From the NCBI GenBank assembly GCA_021806125.1, contig JAJZYC010000001.1:1-44476 (forward strand): 44,476 nt of DNA, given 5' to 3'. The notes under the pieces are model-generated. The model did not search any database. It worked only from the letters and a program-made list of their open reading frames with translations, and was not told the DNA's origin. Source of the stretch: a bacterium (GTDB lineage Bacteria > SZUA-79 > Acidulodesulfobacterales > Acidulodesulfobacteraceae). Shown one piece after another: positions 19,585-28,733 of the stretch. How positions within the stretch are numbered: position 1 is the first letter of the stretch; every line of letters starts with the position of its first letter. Made by a program: the position numbers and the translations under genes.

Positions 19585-20490
19585 ATGGCGAATACAAAGA
19601 TCGACGAAAAACTGCAAAAAATTGCAAAAGACCTTTTAGAAAGCGGAGAAGTCAGCCTAATAATTGGCTATGCGAAAGGTTCCAATCCCCAAAGAATGAG
19701 GCCTGTTTTTATTACAAAGGCGGAGGAAGCCGGAAAGCTTTCTTTCAGTCACTATGCCGTTCAGGACCTTGCGGTATTCTTAAAAAAACCGGAGGTCAAA
19801 AAGTTCGGAAAAATAGGCATAGTCGTTAAAGGCTGCGACGAGAAAGCCGTTAACGCTTTAATTCAAGAATATCAGATTTCCAGGGATAATATAAAAATTA
19901 TCGGAATTGAATGTAACGGAGTAATAAGGCAGAACCTTGCCGATAAAGGCGAAACAGGCGTATCTGAATCGACGGTTTACGATAAATGCCTTATATGCGA
20001 AGAGCATATTCCGGTACTGTACGATTTTCTTATAGAATCGGAAGAGCCCAAACTTGCTTTGTCGGGAAACGTCAAACCTTATTACGGCATAGAAAAGCTC
20101 GAATCTATGAGCGCGGAAGAGAAAAATGCTTTTTGGGCTAAAGAATTCGATAAATGCATAAAATGCTACGCCTGCAGGCAGGCTTGCCCTCTATGCTATT
20201 GTTCAAGATGCATAGTAGAAAAAAATATGCCGCAGTGGATAGACACGAATTCGGAAGAGACCGGCAATGCGCAGTGGAATCTTATTAGGGCATACCATCT
20301 TTCGGGAAGATGCATAGGCTGCGGAGAATGCGAAAGAGCCTGTCCGGTGAACATTCCGCTTATGCTGATTAACGAAAAAATGGCTAAAGACGTATATAAT
20401 CTGTTTGGTTATAAATCAGGATTAGATATTAATGCAAAACCCGTTTTCGGAGTTTTCAGCGAAAGCGATTTCAACGACTTTATTAAATAA
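19585..20490 (+). CDS. Fe-S cluster protein, FlxC-like
   Basis: 301 aa. CIKCYACRQACPLCYC and CIGCGECERACP motifs. Function assigned by position between mvhD and the AsrA/AsrB-like pair. Confidence 0.6.
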   Translation: MANTKIDEKLQKIAKDLLESGEVSLIIGYAKGSNPQRMRPVFITKAEEAGKLSFSHYAVQDLAVFLKKPEVKKFGKIGIVVKGCDEKAVNALIQEYQISRDNIKIIGIECNGVIRQNLADKGETGVSESTVYDKCLICEEHIPVLYDFLIESEEPKLALSGNVKPYYGIEKLESMSAEEKNAFWAKEFDKCIKCYACRQACPLCYCSRCIVEKNMPQWIDTNSEETGNAQWNLIRAYHLSGRCIGCGECERACPVNIPLMLINEKMAKDVYNLFGYKSGLDINAKPVFGVFSESDFNDFIK

Positions 20491-20517
20491 GAAATAAGAT
20501 ATTGGAGACGGTTCATA

Positions 20518-21540
20518 ATGGAAGAAAAATATTTTGAAATTTCGGCGGAAAATCTTAAAAAATTTGTTGAGAGCATCATAGCCGATAACTTTGAGGTTAT
20601 CGCCCCCACAGATAAAGACGGCGACACTTTTTACGGAAAAATAAGCAGATTCGAAGAAGCAAACCTAGATATTCTTCTGCCCAAAATGTCTTATAAGGAA
20701 TATATTCTTCCTAAAACCGAAACGCTTTTAGAATATTCTTTTTCCGGCGTCGATACCGATATTAAAGACGGACTGGAAGCGGTTGCCGGAGCAAACGAAA
20801 AAAGAGTTATTTTCGGCGGAAGACCGTGCGATGCAGGTGCCGGACCTATAATGGAAAAGGTTTTTAACTGGGATTATAAAGACGAATTTTTTAACGAAAG
20901 ATTTAAAAATTTGACCATAGTTTCTATAGCCTGCGAAAAACCGGATAACTATTGTTTCTGCACCGAAATGCAGCTTTCTCCGGAAAGTTCTTACGGTTCC
21001 GATATACTTCTTAAAAAAGCCGGGGACAAATATTTTGCCGTAGTGACGAGCGAAAAAGGTTTAAATCTTATTAATCCCTATATGAATCTATTTAAAGAAA
21101 CTACAAAGGCTCAAGTTCCAGGAGACAAGGACTGGAAAAAACTTTTTGAGATAGAAAGAACTAAAAATTTTTTGGACAAAAACTTCGAACATAATTATTT
21201 TCAGGACAGATTTTTATCATGCATAGGATGCGGAGTCTGCACATATACCTGCCCGACCTGCCACTGTTTCGATATTCAGGATGAAGGAAATTTAAAAGAA
21301 GGCAGGAGGATTAGAAACTGGGATTCTTGCCAGTTCGGCATATTTACCCTTCATACTTCCGGGCATAACCCAAGAGTTACTCAGGGGGACAGATACAGGC
21401 AGAGGCTTATGCACAAATTTAAAATATACAGCGAAAAGTTCGATAAATATCTATGCGTAGGATGCGGAAGATGTTCCAGGAACTGCCCCGAAGACATAGA
21501 TATTAAAGAAGTTGCAAAAGACTTAGCCGATATGGCTTAA
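20518..21540 (+). CDS. 4Fe-4S dicluster protein, AsrA / sulfhydrogenase-beta-like (FlxB-like)
   Basis: 340 aa. CIGCGVCTYTCPTCHCFD and CVGCGRCSRNCP. Architecture resembles anaerobic sulfite reductase subunit A / HydB-type proteins. Confidence 0.65.
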   Translation: MEEKYFEISAENLKKFVESIIADNFEVIAPTDKDGDTFYGKISRFEEANLDILLPKMSYKEYILPKTETLLEYSFSGVDTDIKDGLEAVAGANEKRVIFGGRPCDAGAGPIMEKVFNWDYKDEFFNERFKNLTIVSIACEKPDNYCFCTEMQLSPESSYGSDILLKKAGDKYFAVVTSEKGLNLINPYMNLFKETTKAQVPGDKDWKKLFEIERTKNFLDKNFEHNYFQDRFLSCIGCGVCTYTCPTCHCFDIQDEGNLKEGRRIRNWDSCQFGIFTLHTSGHNPRVTQGDRYRQRLMHKFKIYSEKFDKYLCVGCGRCSRNCPEDIDIKEVAKDLADMA

Positions 21541-21589
21541 ATATAATTTAATTTAAAATTTTTAACATATAGCGGGGAGCAGATAGTTA

Positions 21590-22414
21590 ATGGAAAATAT
21601 TTATTTGCCGAAACTGGCTGAAATAAAAGAAATTATTCAGGAAACCGCGGATACCAAAACTATACGTCTTACTATCGACGGGGGCAGCATAGATTTTCTG
21701 CCCGGCCAGTTCGGAGAGTTTTCTTTCATAGGAGAAGGAGAATCGACGTTCGGATTATCGTCGTCTCCTTTAAGAAAAGAATATTTTGAATTCAGTTTTA
21801 GATCTTCGGGAAGAGCTACTACCGGGATAAATAGTCTGAATCAGGGAGATAAAATAGCTTTCAGGGGCCCTTACGGAAATTATTTCGATACGTCAAAAAT
21901 GAAAGGAAAAGACCTTGTTTTCGTGGGCGGCGGCATAGGTATGGCTCCGGTAAAATCGATTATGGAATACTGCCTCGACGAGCGGGACGATTACGGCAAA
22001 ATTACCATACTATACGGAGCAAGGTCGGTAGGAGACCTCCTTTATAAAGGTATATTCGATGAATGGAAAAAATATAAAAACACCGACGTAATTATTACCG
22101 TTGACCCGGGTGGAGAAACACCCGACTGGACGGGGAAAGTAGGTTTCGTTCCTACCATTCTTGAGCAACTGCCTATAAAAGGCGAAAACAGCGTGGCAAT
22201 AGTGTGCGGTCCTCCAATTATGATAAAATTTGCGTTAAAATCGTTGGAGGAAAAAATGGGGTTCGACAAGAGCGATATTATTACTACGCTTGAAAACAGG
22301 ATGAAATGCGGGCTGGGTAAATGCGGAAGATGCAACGTAGGAAGCGTTTACGTATGTAAAGACGGTCCCGTGTTTACCGCAAAGGAGCTTGAAAGTCTTC
22401 CGAACGACTTTTAA
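21590..22414 (+). CDS. FAD/NAD(P)-binding oxidoreductase with C-terminal [2Fe-2S] (PyrK/AsrB/HydG family; FlxA-like)
   Basis: 274 aa. FNR-like fold (RLTIDG..PGQFGEF, FVGGGIGMAPV) and C-terminal MKCGLGKCGRCNVGSVYVCKDGPVF cluster motif. Confidence 0.8.
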   Translation: MENIYLPKLAEIKEIIQETADTKTIRLTIDGGSIDFLPGQFGEFSFIGEGESTFGLSSSPLRKEYFEFSFRSSGRATTGINSLNQGDKIAFRGPYGNYFDTSKMKGKDLVFVGGGIGMAPVKSIMEYCLDERDDYGKITILYGARSVGDLLYKGIFDEWKKYKNTDVIITVDPGGETPDWTGKVGFVPTILEQLPIKGENSVAIVCGPPIMIKFALKSLEEKMGFDKSDIITTLENRMKCGLGKCGRCNVGSVYVCKDGPVFTAKELESLPNDF

Positions 22415-22432
22415 AATATATTATATTATATT

Positions 22433-24355
22433 ATGCAGCTATTAATAATTCATGCCGATGATTTTAACTATTCTTTAACAGGAAAAACTCCCGTTGCAGA
22501 GGAAATTGACACAAACCTTCTTAATGAAAGCGGAAATTTTTTTGCAGAACCGTTGGTGATTTTCTGCACAGTTGAAAAAGGGGATGCGAAGAGTACCGCA
22601 AATATAGTAAAAAGAGCTTTTGGGGAAATTAAAGAAATTGCAGATAAATTAAAGCCGGGGATAATAGTTTTATATCCTTATGCGCATCTTTCCAATAGCC
22701 TTGCCGATCCATCAATCGCTATCTCTGCACTTAACTCTTTAAAGACTGAAATTGAGCCTTTTTATACCGTTTACAGAGCGCCTTTCGGGTGGTATAAAAG
22801 CTTTAAAATTTCATGTAAAGGGCATCCGTTAAGCGAATCATCCAGGCATATAACCGAATCTGACGCAGTAAGCGCAACAGCCGTTTCTACAAAAAAAACT
22901 AGAGAAGACGTCGTAAAAGATGTAGAAAGCGAATTTTTTATATTGAATTACGACGGCATCGAAACAAAAATAGATTTAAAAAATAAAAGCATACTCGACG
23001 ATAAAGTGCTTAAAGATTTCGCTTCCCTCAGAAAAGTGATTGCGTATGAGGAATTTAAAATAAAAGAAGGAGAAACTCCCCCGTCCGTTTCAGCTATGAG
23101 GCGCCTTGAAATTGCAGACCACGAAGAAAATTCCGATTCAGGCCATCTGAGATTTTATCCAAAAGGGACTCTTTTATACAAGCTTTTGTCGGATTGGGCA
23201 GAAGATATTGCCTTAAACCATTTGAAGTGCATGGAGATAGAAACGCCGCTGATTTATAACTGGAATAAACCGGAAATTAAAGGACAGGGAGAGTCTTTTC
23301 ACGAGCGTCATTATTCCGTTTTAGTTCCGGACGAAAAATCCGATACCGGCGGATTTGCGCCGTCTAAAGAGTTTGTTTTAAGATTTGCAGGAGATTTCGG
23401 ACTTTTTTCGATGCTTAAAGACGCTAAAATGAGTTATAAACAGCTTCCGCTTAGGTTTTACGAAATTTCAAAGAGCTTCAGATACGAAAAAAGCGGTGAA
23501 TTATCGGGTTTAAGAAGGCTGAGAGGCTTTACTATGCCGGATATCCACAGTTTCTGTCTGAATTTAGAAGAAGGTTTTAACGAATATCAGGTGCTTTATA
23601 GAACATACGCGGACCTTGCCGAAGGCACAGGTATCGAATATGCCGTAGTTTTCAGAATTGTAAAAGAGTATTACGATAAATATAAAGACAAGATAATAGA
23701 ACTTTTAAAGTATTCTAAAAAGCCCGCGCTTATTGAAGTCCTGTCCAAAATGAAGCACTACTGGGCGCTTAAACACGAATTTCAAGGAGTAGATTCCGTA
23801 AACGGCTCTTGTCAGCTTTCTACGGTTCAGCTCGATGTCGAAGACGCTAAAAGGTATGGACTGAATTTCACAGCCGAAACCGGTGAAAAAACCGGCTGCA
23901 TAATATGCCATTCATCCGTAGGCGCTATTGAAAGATGGATGTATCTTATAATTGAAGAAGCGCTTAAAAAAAATATCCCCGTTTTTCCTTTATGGCTTTG
24001 CCCTACACAGGTCAGGATAATTCCCGTATCGGATAAGTTCATGAATTTTGCGGTTAAACTAAAGGAAGATATGTACAAGTCCGATATAAGAGTAGATATA
24101 GACGACAGAGATTTCAGCCTAGGTAAAAAGATTATGTTCGCCGAAGAAGAATGGGTTCCGTATATTGCTGTAGTAGGACAGAAAGAGTATGAAAGCGGAG
24201 TTATTTCCGTCAGAAACAGATATAGGGAAAGGAAGAATTTTAATTTTACGCCGCCGGAATTTATAAAAGAAATAAAAGCCGGTACGGAGGGTATGCCGTT
24301 CAGGAAACTTATTTTGCCAGATATGCTTTCAAAAAGACCCATATTCGTCGGATAA
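22433..24355 (+). CDS. thrS: Threonyl-tRNA synthetase, archaeal-type (N-terminal DTD-like editing domain + class II core + anticodon-binding domain)
   Basis: 640 aa. The N-terminus [53 protein letters not shown] closely matches the archaeal ThrRS editing domain as I recall it from Methanocaldococcus and Pyrococcus ([23 protein letters not shown]). No bacterial TGS/N2 domains are visible. Confidence 0.88.
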   Translation: [640 protein letters not shown]

Positions 24356-24406
24356 AACAAGAAGAATATAATAATAAAAATATTAAAACAGGAGATAATC
24401 CGGGTT

Positions 24407-25651
24407 ATGGATAATGCATCAAACGAAGCTACGATAAAAGACGAGACATCAGTCAGAAAAAGCGTTAATTTAAAATTGGACGAATCGAAGACGCAGGAGC
24501 TTTTGCAAAAGAAGCTCGAGGCTGCAGCAAAAAAATCTAACATAAAAGGTTTCAGGCCGGGCAAGGCGCCTGTTTCTATCATTAAAAAATATTATGAGCA
24601 GGAACTGTTCGAAGAAGCCGCCGCCGAGATTTTAAATGAAGACTTCAGAAAAATTGTCTCGGAAAAAGGAATATATGTAGTAGGAACCCCGACTTTAGAG
24701 AAAAAAACTGAAAATGAATATTCTATATCGTTTGACGTTATGCCGGAAGTTAAGAATTTAAATTTAAACGTTAAGGTTAAAAAAAATAAAAAACGAGATA
24801 TTACAGACGAAGTTATTCAGGAAGAAATTAATTTTCTTCTCGAAAGGCTTGCGGATCAGGAAAAATTAGACGATTCAGCCGTTATAAACCAGGACGATAA
24901 ATATTTCGTTAAAATAGATTATGTAACAATTGACGAAACCGGCAAAGAGGTTGACAGCGCGAAAGATTACTCTATAAGCCTTAATTCAAGTATTATAGAC
25001 AAAACGTTCGAGGCTTCTTTTATAGGAAAAAAGAAAGGGGATAGTTTTGAATTCGACGATAAGGAAAGAAAAGTCGTCGTTAAAGGTTTTATTAAAGAAA
25101 TAGATAAAAAAATCCTGCCGGAATTAAATGCCGAAACTATTAAAAACTTCGGTGATTTCAAAGACGCTTCCGAATTCAGGCAATATGTCGAGAAAAGCCT
25201 TAACGAATATGAGGAAAAGAGATACAAAGATTCTTTGAGAGCTTCTATATCGGAAGAGCTTGTAAACCTGAATCCGGTTGAGCTTCCAGAGAGCATTGTA
25301 GAAGAAGATGCTAAATCGAGACTCGAAGAAATGAAAAAACAGGGTAAATATAAAGATATTAATGAAAAACATGCAGGCGAGTTTATGGGTATCTTAAGAA
25401 TTATGGCTAAGCGGGATATCGCGCTGTATCTTTTGCTGTCGGAAATAGAAAAATCCGAAAATATAACGGTAACCGAGTCGGATTTGGAAGAATTTTACAA
25501 ACATACGGCCGCACTGTCCAATATGAAGGAAGATGAAGTTAAAGGCTTTTATTCCGCTAAAGAAGCACAGGAAAATTTAAAGCATGCCTTGCTTGAAGAC
25601 AAGACGTTTGATTTTCTTATACAAAATAAGGTATCATATATTGAAGAATAA
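24407..25651 (+). CDS. tig: Trigger factor
   Basis: 414 aa. Ribosome-binding signature GFRPGKAP near the N-terminus, and a position directly upstream of clpP-clpX. Confidence 0.9.
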   Translation: MDNASNEATIKDETSVRKSVNLKLDESKTQELLQKKLEAAAKKSNIKGFRPGKAPVSIIKKYYEQELFEEAAAEILNEDFRKIVSEKGIYVVGTPTLEKKTENEYSISFDVMPEVKNLNLNVKVKKNKKRDITDEVIQEEINFLLERLADQEKLDDSAVINQDDKYFVKIDYVTIDETGKEVDSAKDYSISLNSSIIDKTFEASFIGKKKGDSFEFDDKERKVVVKGFIKEIDKKILPELNAETIKNFGDFKDASEFRQYVEKSLNEYEEKRYKDSLRASISEELVNLNPVELPESIVEEDAKSRLEEMKKQGKYKDINEKHAGEFMGILRIMAKRDIALYLLLSEIEKSENITVTESDLEEFYKHTAALSNMKEDEVKGFYSAKEAQENLKHALLEDKTFDFLIQNKVSYIEE

Positions 25652-25682
25652 TAGAATAACGGGATAATTAATATTTACTTAT

Positions 25683-26297
25683 ATGGAGAATAATAAGATG
25701 TCGCTTGTACCTATAGTAGTCGAACAGACGCACAGGGGGGAAAGGTCCTACGATATATACTCCCGCCTTCTAAAAGACAGAATTATCTTTATAGGAGAAG
25801 CTATCGACGATACTTTTGCCAATCTAATTATAGCACAGCTTTTGTTTCTCGAATCGGAAGACCCAGAAAAAGACATAAATATATATATAAATTCGCCGGG
25901 AGGCGTTATAACCGCCGGACTTGCCATTTACGATACTATCCAGTATATAAAGCCTGATGTTTCGACGCTCTGTATGGGCCAGGCGGCAAGTATGGGAGCG
26001 GTTCTTCTGGCGGCAGGGGCTAAAGGAAAGAGATTTGCCCTTCCGCATGCCAGAATTATGATACATCAGCCTTTAGGCGGTTTTCAGGGGCAGGCTACCG
26101 ACATCGATATTCAGGCAAGGGAAATTTTAAGGATGAGAGAAGAACTGAATCAGATTTTAGCTTCCCATACCAGTCAGTCGATAGATAAAATCAGGGAAGA
26201 TACCGAAAGAGATTTTTTTATGAGCGGAGCTCAATCGGTAGAGTATGGAATAATCGATAAAGTGGTAGAGAAAAAAGAAATTAAAAATGCAAAATAA
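25683..26297 (+). CDS. clpP: ATP-dependent Clp protease proteolytic subunit
   Basis: 204 aa. [25 protein letters not shown], catalytic Ser context GQAASMGA, His in MIHQPLGG. The start may be the second ATG at 25698 (MSLVPIV). Confidence 0.95.
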   Translation: MENNKMSLVPIVVEQTHRGERSYDIYSRLLKDRIIFIGEAIDDTFANLIIAQLLFLESEDPEKDINIYINSPGGVITAGLAIYDTIQYIKPDVSTLCMGQAASMGAVLLAAGAKGKRFALPHARIMIHQPLGGFQGQATDIDIQAREILRMREELNQILASHTSQSIDKIREDTERDFFMSGAQSVEYGIIDKVVEKKEIKNAK

Positions 26298-26317
26298 TTA
26301 TACAGAGGCAGTTAAAA

Positions 26318-27673
26318 ATGGCAAAAAAAAACAATAACAATAATAACGACGATAACTACGGAAGGGAACTATACTGTTCTTTTTGCGGAAAATCTCAGGA
26401 CGAGGTCAGAAAACTAATTGCCGGGCCATCGGTTTATATATGCGATGAATGTATAAGCCTTTGCAACGATATTATATCGGATGAGGTACAGCCGGTTCCC
26501 TCAGAAGTAAAAGTTGAAAATTACCTTTATAAGCCGATAGAAATTAAGGCTTTTTTAGACCAATACGTAGTAGGGCAGGAAAGGGCTAAAAAGATTCTTT
26601 CCGTCGCAGTTTATAATCATTATAAAAGAATAGAGCATAATCTTTCATTTAAAAACGCAGAAAAACTTCATAATAATAAATCGGGCAAATCAAATACTGG
26701 TTATAATTTGCACGACAAAAACAATACCGACGTGGAAATGCAAAAGAGCAATATTTTAATAATAGGTCCTACCGGAAGCGGGAAAACTCTGCTTGCGCAG
26801 ACGCTTGCCAGAATGCTCGAACTGCCTTTCGCCATTGCCGACGCTACGACGCTTACCGAAGCGGGTTATGTAGGTGAAGATGTCGAAAGCATTCTGCTTT
26901 CGCTTCTGCAAAATGCCGAATACGATGTCGAAAGAGCTCAAAAAGGCATTATATATATAGACGAAATAGATAAGATTGCAAAGAAAACCGATAATGTTTC
27001 CATAACAAGGGACGTGTCTGGAGAAGGCGTTCAACAGGCACTTCTGAAAATTATAGAAGGAACCGTCGCAAATGTTCCGCCTAAAGGAGGCAGAAAACAT
27101 CCGCATCAGGAATTTATAAGATTGGATACAAGCAATATTCTTTTTATATGCGGCGGCGCTTTTAACGGTCTTGATAAAATCATAGAAAAACGGATACATC
27201 AACAGCCTATAGGTTTTAATGCCGGAGTTAATTCCAACAAATCAGGCAGTCCATATGAAATAATGAAACAGGTAGAGACTAAAGATTTATTGAAATACGG
27301 ACTTATTCCGGAATTTATCGGCAGGCTTCCTGTAACAGCAACGCTTGAAGAACTTGATGAGAAAGCCCTCGTAGAGATTTTAACAAAGCCTAAAAATGCG
27401 TTGATTAAGCAGTATCAAAAATTATTCGAACTTGAGGACGTAAATTTAAGATTTACCGATTCCGCCGTTAAGGAAATTACAAAAAAAGCCGTAAAACACG
27501 GATCCGGAGCAAGGGGCTTAAGAACGATTCTAGAATCAATAATGTTAGATGTAATGTATGAAATACCGACCGATCCGACTATTAAAGAATGCGTTATAAA
27601 CGACGATGTTATTATTAATAGCGGTCAGCCTATTCTTCTTTATGAAAAGGATGCCGGCGCAAAATCTATTTAA
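26318..27673 (+). CDS. clpX: ATP-dependent Clp protease ATP-binding subunit ClpX
   Basis: 451 aa. Zinc-binding [13 protein letters not shown], Walker [21 protein letters not shown], pore-loop GYVGEDV, IGF-type loop PIGFNA. Confidence 0.95.
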   Translation: MAKKNNNNNNDDNYGRELYCSFCGKSQDEVRKLIAGPSVYICDECISLCNDIISDEVQPVPSEVKVENYLYKPIEIKAFLDQYVVGQERAKKILSVAVYNHYKRIEHNLSFKNAEKLHNNKSGKSNTGYNLHDKNNTDVEMQKSNILIIGPTGSGKTLLAQTLARMLELPFAIADATTLTEAGYVGEDVESILLSLLQNAEYDVERAQKGIIYIDEIDKIAKKTDNVSITRDVSGEGVQQALLKIIEGTVANVPPKGGRKHPHQEFIRLDTSNILFICGGAFNGLDKIIEKRIHQQPIGFNAGVNSNKSGSPYEIMKQVETKDLLKYGLIPEFIGRLPVTATLEELDEKALVEILTKPKNALIKQYQKLFELEDVNLRFTDSAVKEITKKAVKHGSGARGLRTILESIMLDVMYEIPTDPTIKECVINDDVIINSGQPILLYEKDAGAKSI

Positions 27674-27711
27674 GTATATTAAAAAAATGTTATAAAATAT
27701 GATTTTTTTTG

Positions 27712-27740
27712 TTGACATATTCATTAAAAACATATATATA
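27712..27740 (+). promoter_or_regulatory. Sigma-70-type promoter upstream of hup
   Basis: TTGACA (27712-27717), 17-nt spacer, TATATA (27735-27740), about 100 nt upstream of the ATG. Confidence 0.45.
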
Positions 27741-27839
27741 TTATATATACTTAAGTAAAGCACCTGCAAATGTAGCAATACAGGGATGCTTAACTAAAAT
27801 TAAACCGTTAAAACCTTAAAATGTAAGGAGGAAGTTGGT

Positions 27840-28121
27840 ATGACAAAAGCAGAATTGGTTGATGCAATTGCAAAATCGTCCAAGCTTACGAAAGCGGACA
27901 GTGAAAAGGCACTTAGCGCGGCAATCAACGCGGTAATTAACGCCTTAAAAAAAGGCGATGCAGTCAGGCTCGTCGGTTTCGGTACATTCGAAGTGACTAA
28001 AAGAGCGGCAAGAAAAGGCAGAAATCCGCAGACCGGAAAGGAAATTCAGATTAAAGCTTCTAAGTCACCTAAGTTTAAAGCCGGTAAATCTTTCAAAGAA
28101 GCGGTAAATACCGGAAAGTAA
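27840..28121 (+). CDS. hup: HU-family DNA-binding protein
   Basis: 93 aa. MTKAELVDAIA..GFGTFEV..RKGRNPQTGKEI..PKFKAGK. Strong RBS AAGGAGG. Confidence 0.95.
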   Translation: MTKAELVDAIAKSSKLTKADSEKALSAAINAVINALKKGDAVRLVGFGTFEVTKRAARKGRNPQTGKEIQIKASKSPKFKAGKSFKEAVNTGK

Positions 28122-28186
28122 ACATATTTTTCTGCTGAAAAAGATATACTTTTTCAATGCACGCAGAAAAATATATGTTTCATCTA

Positions 28187-28245
28187 AACCCTCATTTTAT
28201 AGTTATACGGTTTCGCTAATTTTTTAGAAATGAGGGTTGTTTTTT
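28187..28245 (+). terminator. Terminator-like hairpin with T-run between hup and tRNA-Val
   Basis: AACCCTCATTT ... AAATGAGGGTT (11-bp stem, long loop), followed by GTTTTTT directly before the tRNA. Confidence 0.5.
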
Positions 28246-28322
28246 GGGCGGATAGCTCAGCCGGTTAGAGCATCGGCTTTACAAGCCGGGGGTCACAGGT
28301 TCGAACCCTGTTCCGCCTACCA
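28246..28322 (+). tRNA. tRNA-Val (anticodon TAC), CCA encoded
   Basis: Hand-folded cloverleaf of 77 nt: acceptor GGGCGGA/TCCGCCT, D-arm GCTC..GAGC, anticodon stem TCGGC/GCCGG with loop TTTACAA, T-arm ACAGG-TTCGAAC-CCTGT. Confidence 0.9.
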
Positions 28323-28361
28323 TCGCCTTAATTTAAGCATACGGTCAAATTTGGAATTTCC

Positions 28362-28390
28362 TTGACTTTTTCCTATTATTTGGTTATTAT
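28362..28390 (+). promoter_or_regulatory. Sigma-70-type promoter upstream of tRNA-Asp
   Basis: TTGACT (28362-28367), 17-nt spacer, TATTAT (28385-28390), 28 nt before the tRNA 5' end. Confidence 0.4.
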
Positions 28391-28417
28391 TAAACAATCT
28401 CATATCTTGCATTATAC

Positions 28418-28494
28418 GGGGCTGTAGTTCAGACGGTTAGAACGCCGGCCTGTCACGCCGGAGGTCGCGGGTTCGATCCCCGTCGGCCCCGCCA
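28418..28494 (+). tRNA. tRNA-Asp (anticodon GTC), CCA encoded
   Basis: 77 nt: acceptor GGGGCTG/CGGCCCC, D-arm GTTC..GAAC, anticodon stem CCGGC/GCCGG with loop CTGTCAC, T-arm GCGGG-TTCGATC-CCCGT. Confidence 0.9.
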
Positions 28495-28592
28495 CTTTTT
28501 AAAATCCCTATTTAAAAATTTCCACTTTTAATTAATTTTTTGGTATAATTATTAAATTTGAAAGGAATTAATTTATAATTTTTTCGAACTAT

Positions 28593-28677
28593 GCGAGAGT
28601 GGCGAAACTGGTATACGCACTGGACTTAGAATCCAGCGGAGCAATCCTTGGGGGTTCGAGTCCCCCCTTTCGCACCA
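28593..28677 (+). tRNA. tRNA-Leu (anticodon TAG), long variable arm, CCA encoded
   Basis: 85 nt: acceptor GCGAGAG/CTTTCGC, anticodon stem CTGGA/TCCAG with loop CTTAGAA, 13-nt variable arm (GGA-GCAA-TCC), T-arm GGGGG-TTCGAGT-CCCCC. Confidence 0.88.
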
Positions 28678-28733
28678 TATATCGCTATTTTAATTGCGTG
28701 AAATAATTTATATTATTTTAGGAGGATTATAGT

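Noticed and set aside
23827-24582. 251-aa minus-strand ORF spanning the thrS end and the tig start
   Set aside because: It is antisense to two strongly conserved genes. The sequence is Ser/Phe/Ile-rich and typical of shadow ORFs in AT-rich DNA. There is no RBS or promoter context.
1812-27778. Other antisense or alternate-frame track ORFs: 1812..2141, 2802..3074, 3362..3700, 4033..4374, 6362..6922, 9363..9638, 9705..10076, 10452..10772, 10567..10821, 11287..11496, 11610..11906, 14062..14502, 14623..15003, 15603..15854, 16116..16331, 16636..16890, 17207..17458, 17390..17857, 17709..17960, 18387..18653, 18527..18826, 18872..19189, 19042..19227, 19134..19388, 20409..20627, 22042..22335, 23705..23911, 24967..25296, 25124..25372, 25824..26066, 26756..27202, 27545..27778
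   Set aside because: Each overlaps a gene with clear family motifs on the other strand or in another frame, and none has a recognisable motif of its own. Treated as non-coding shadows.
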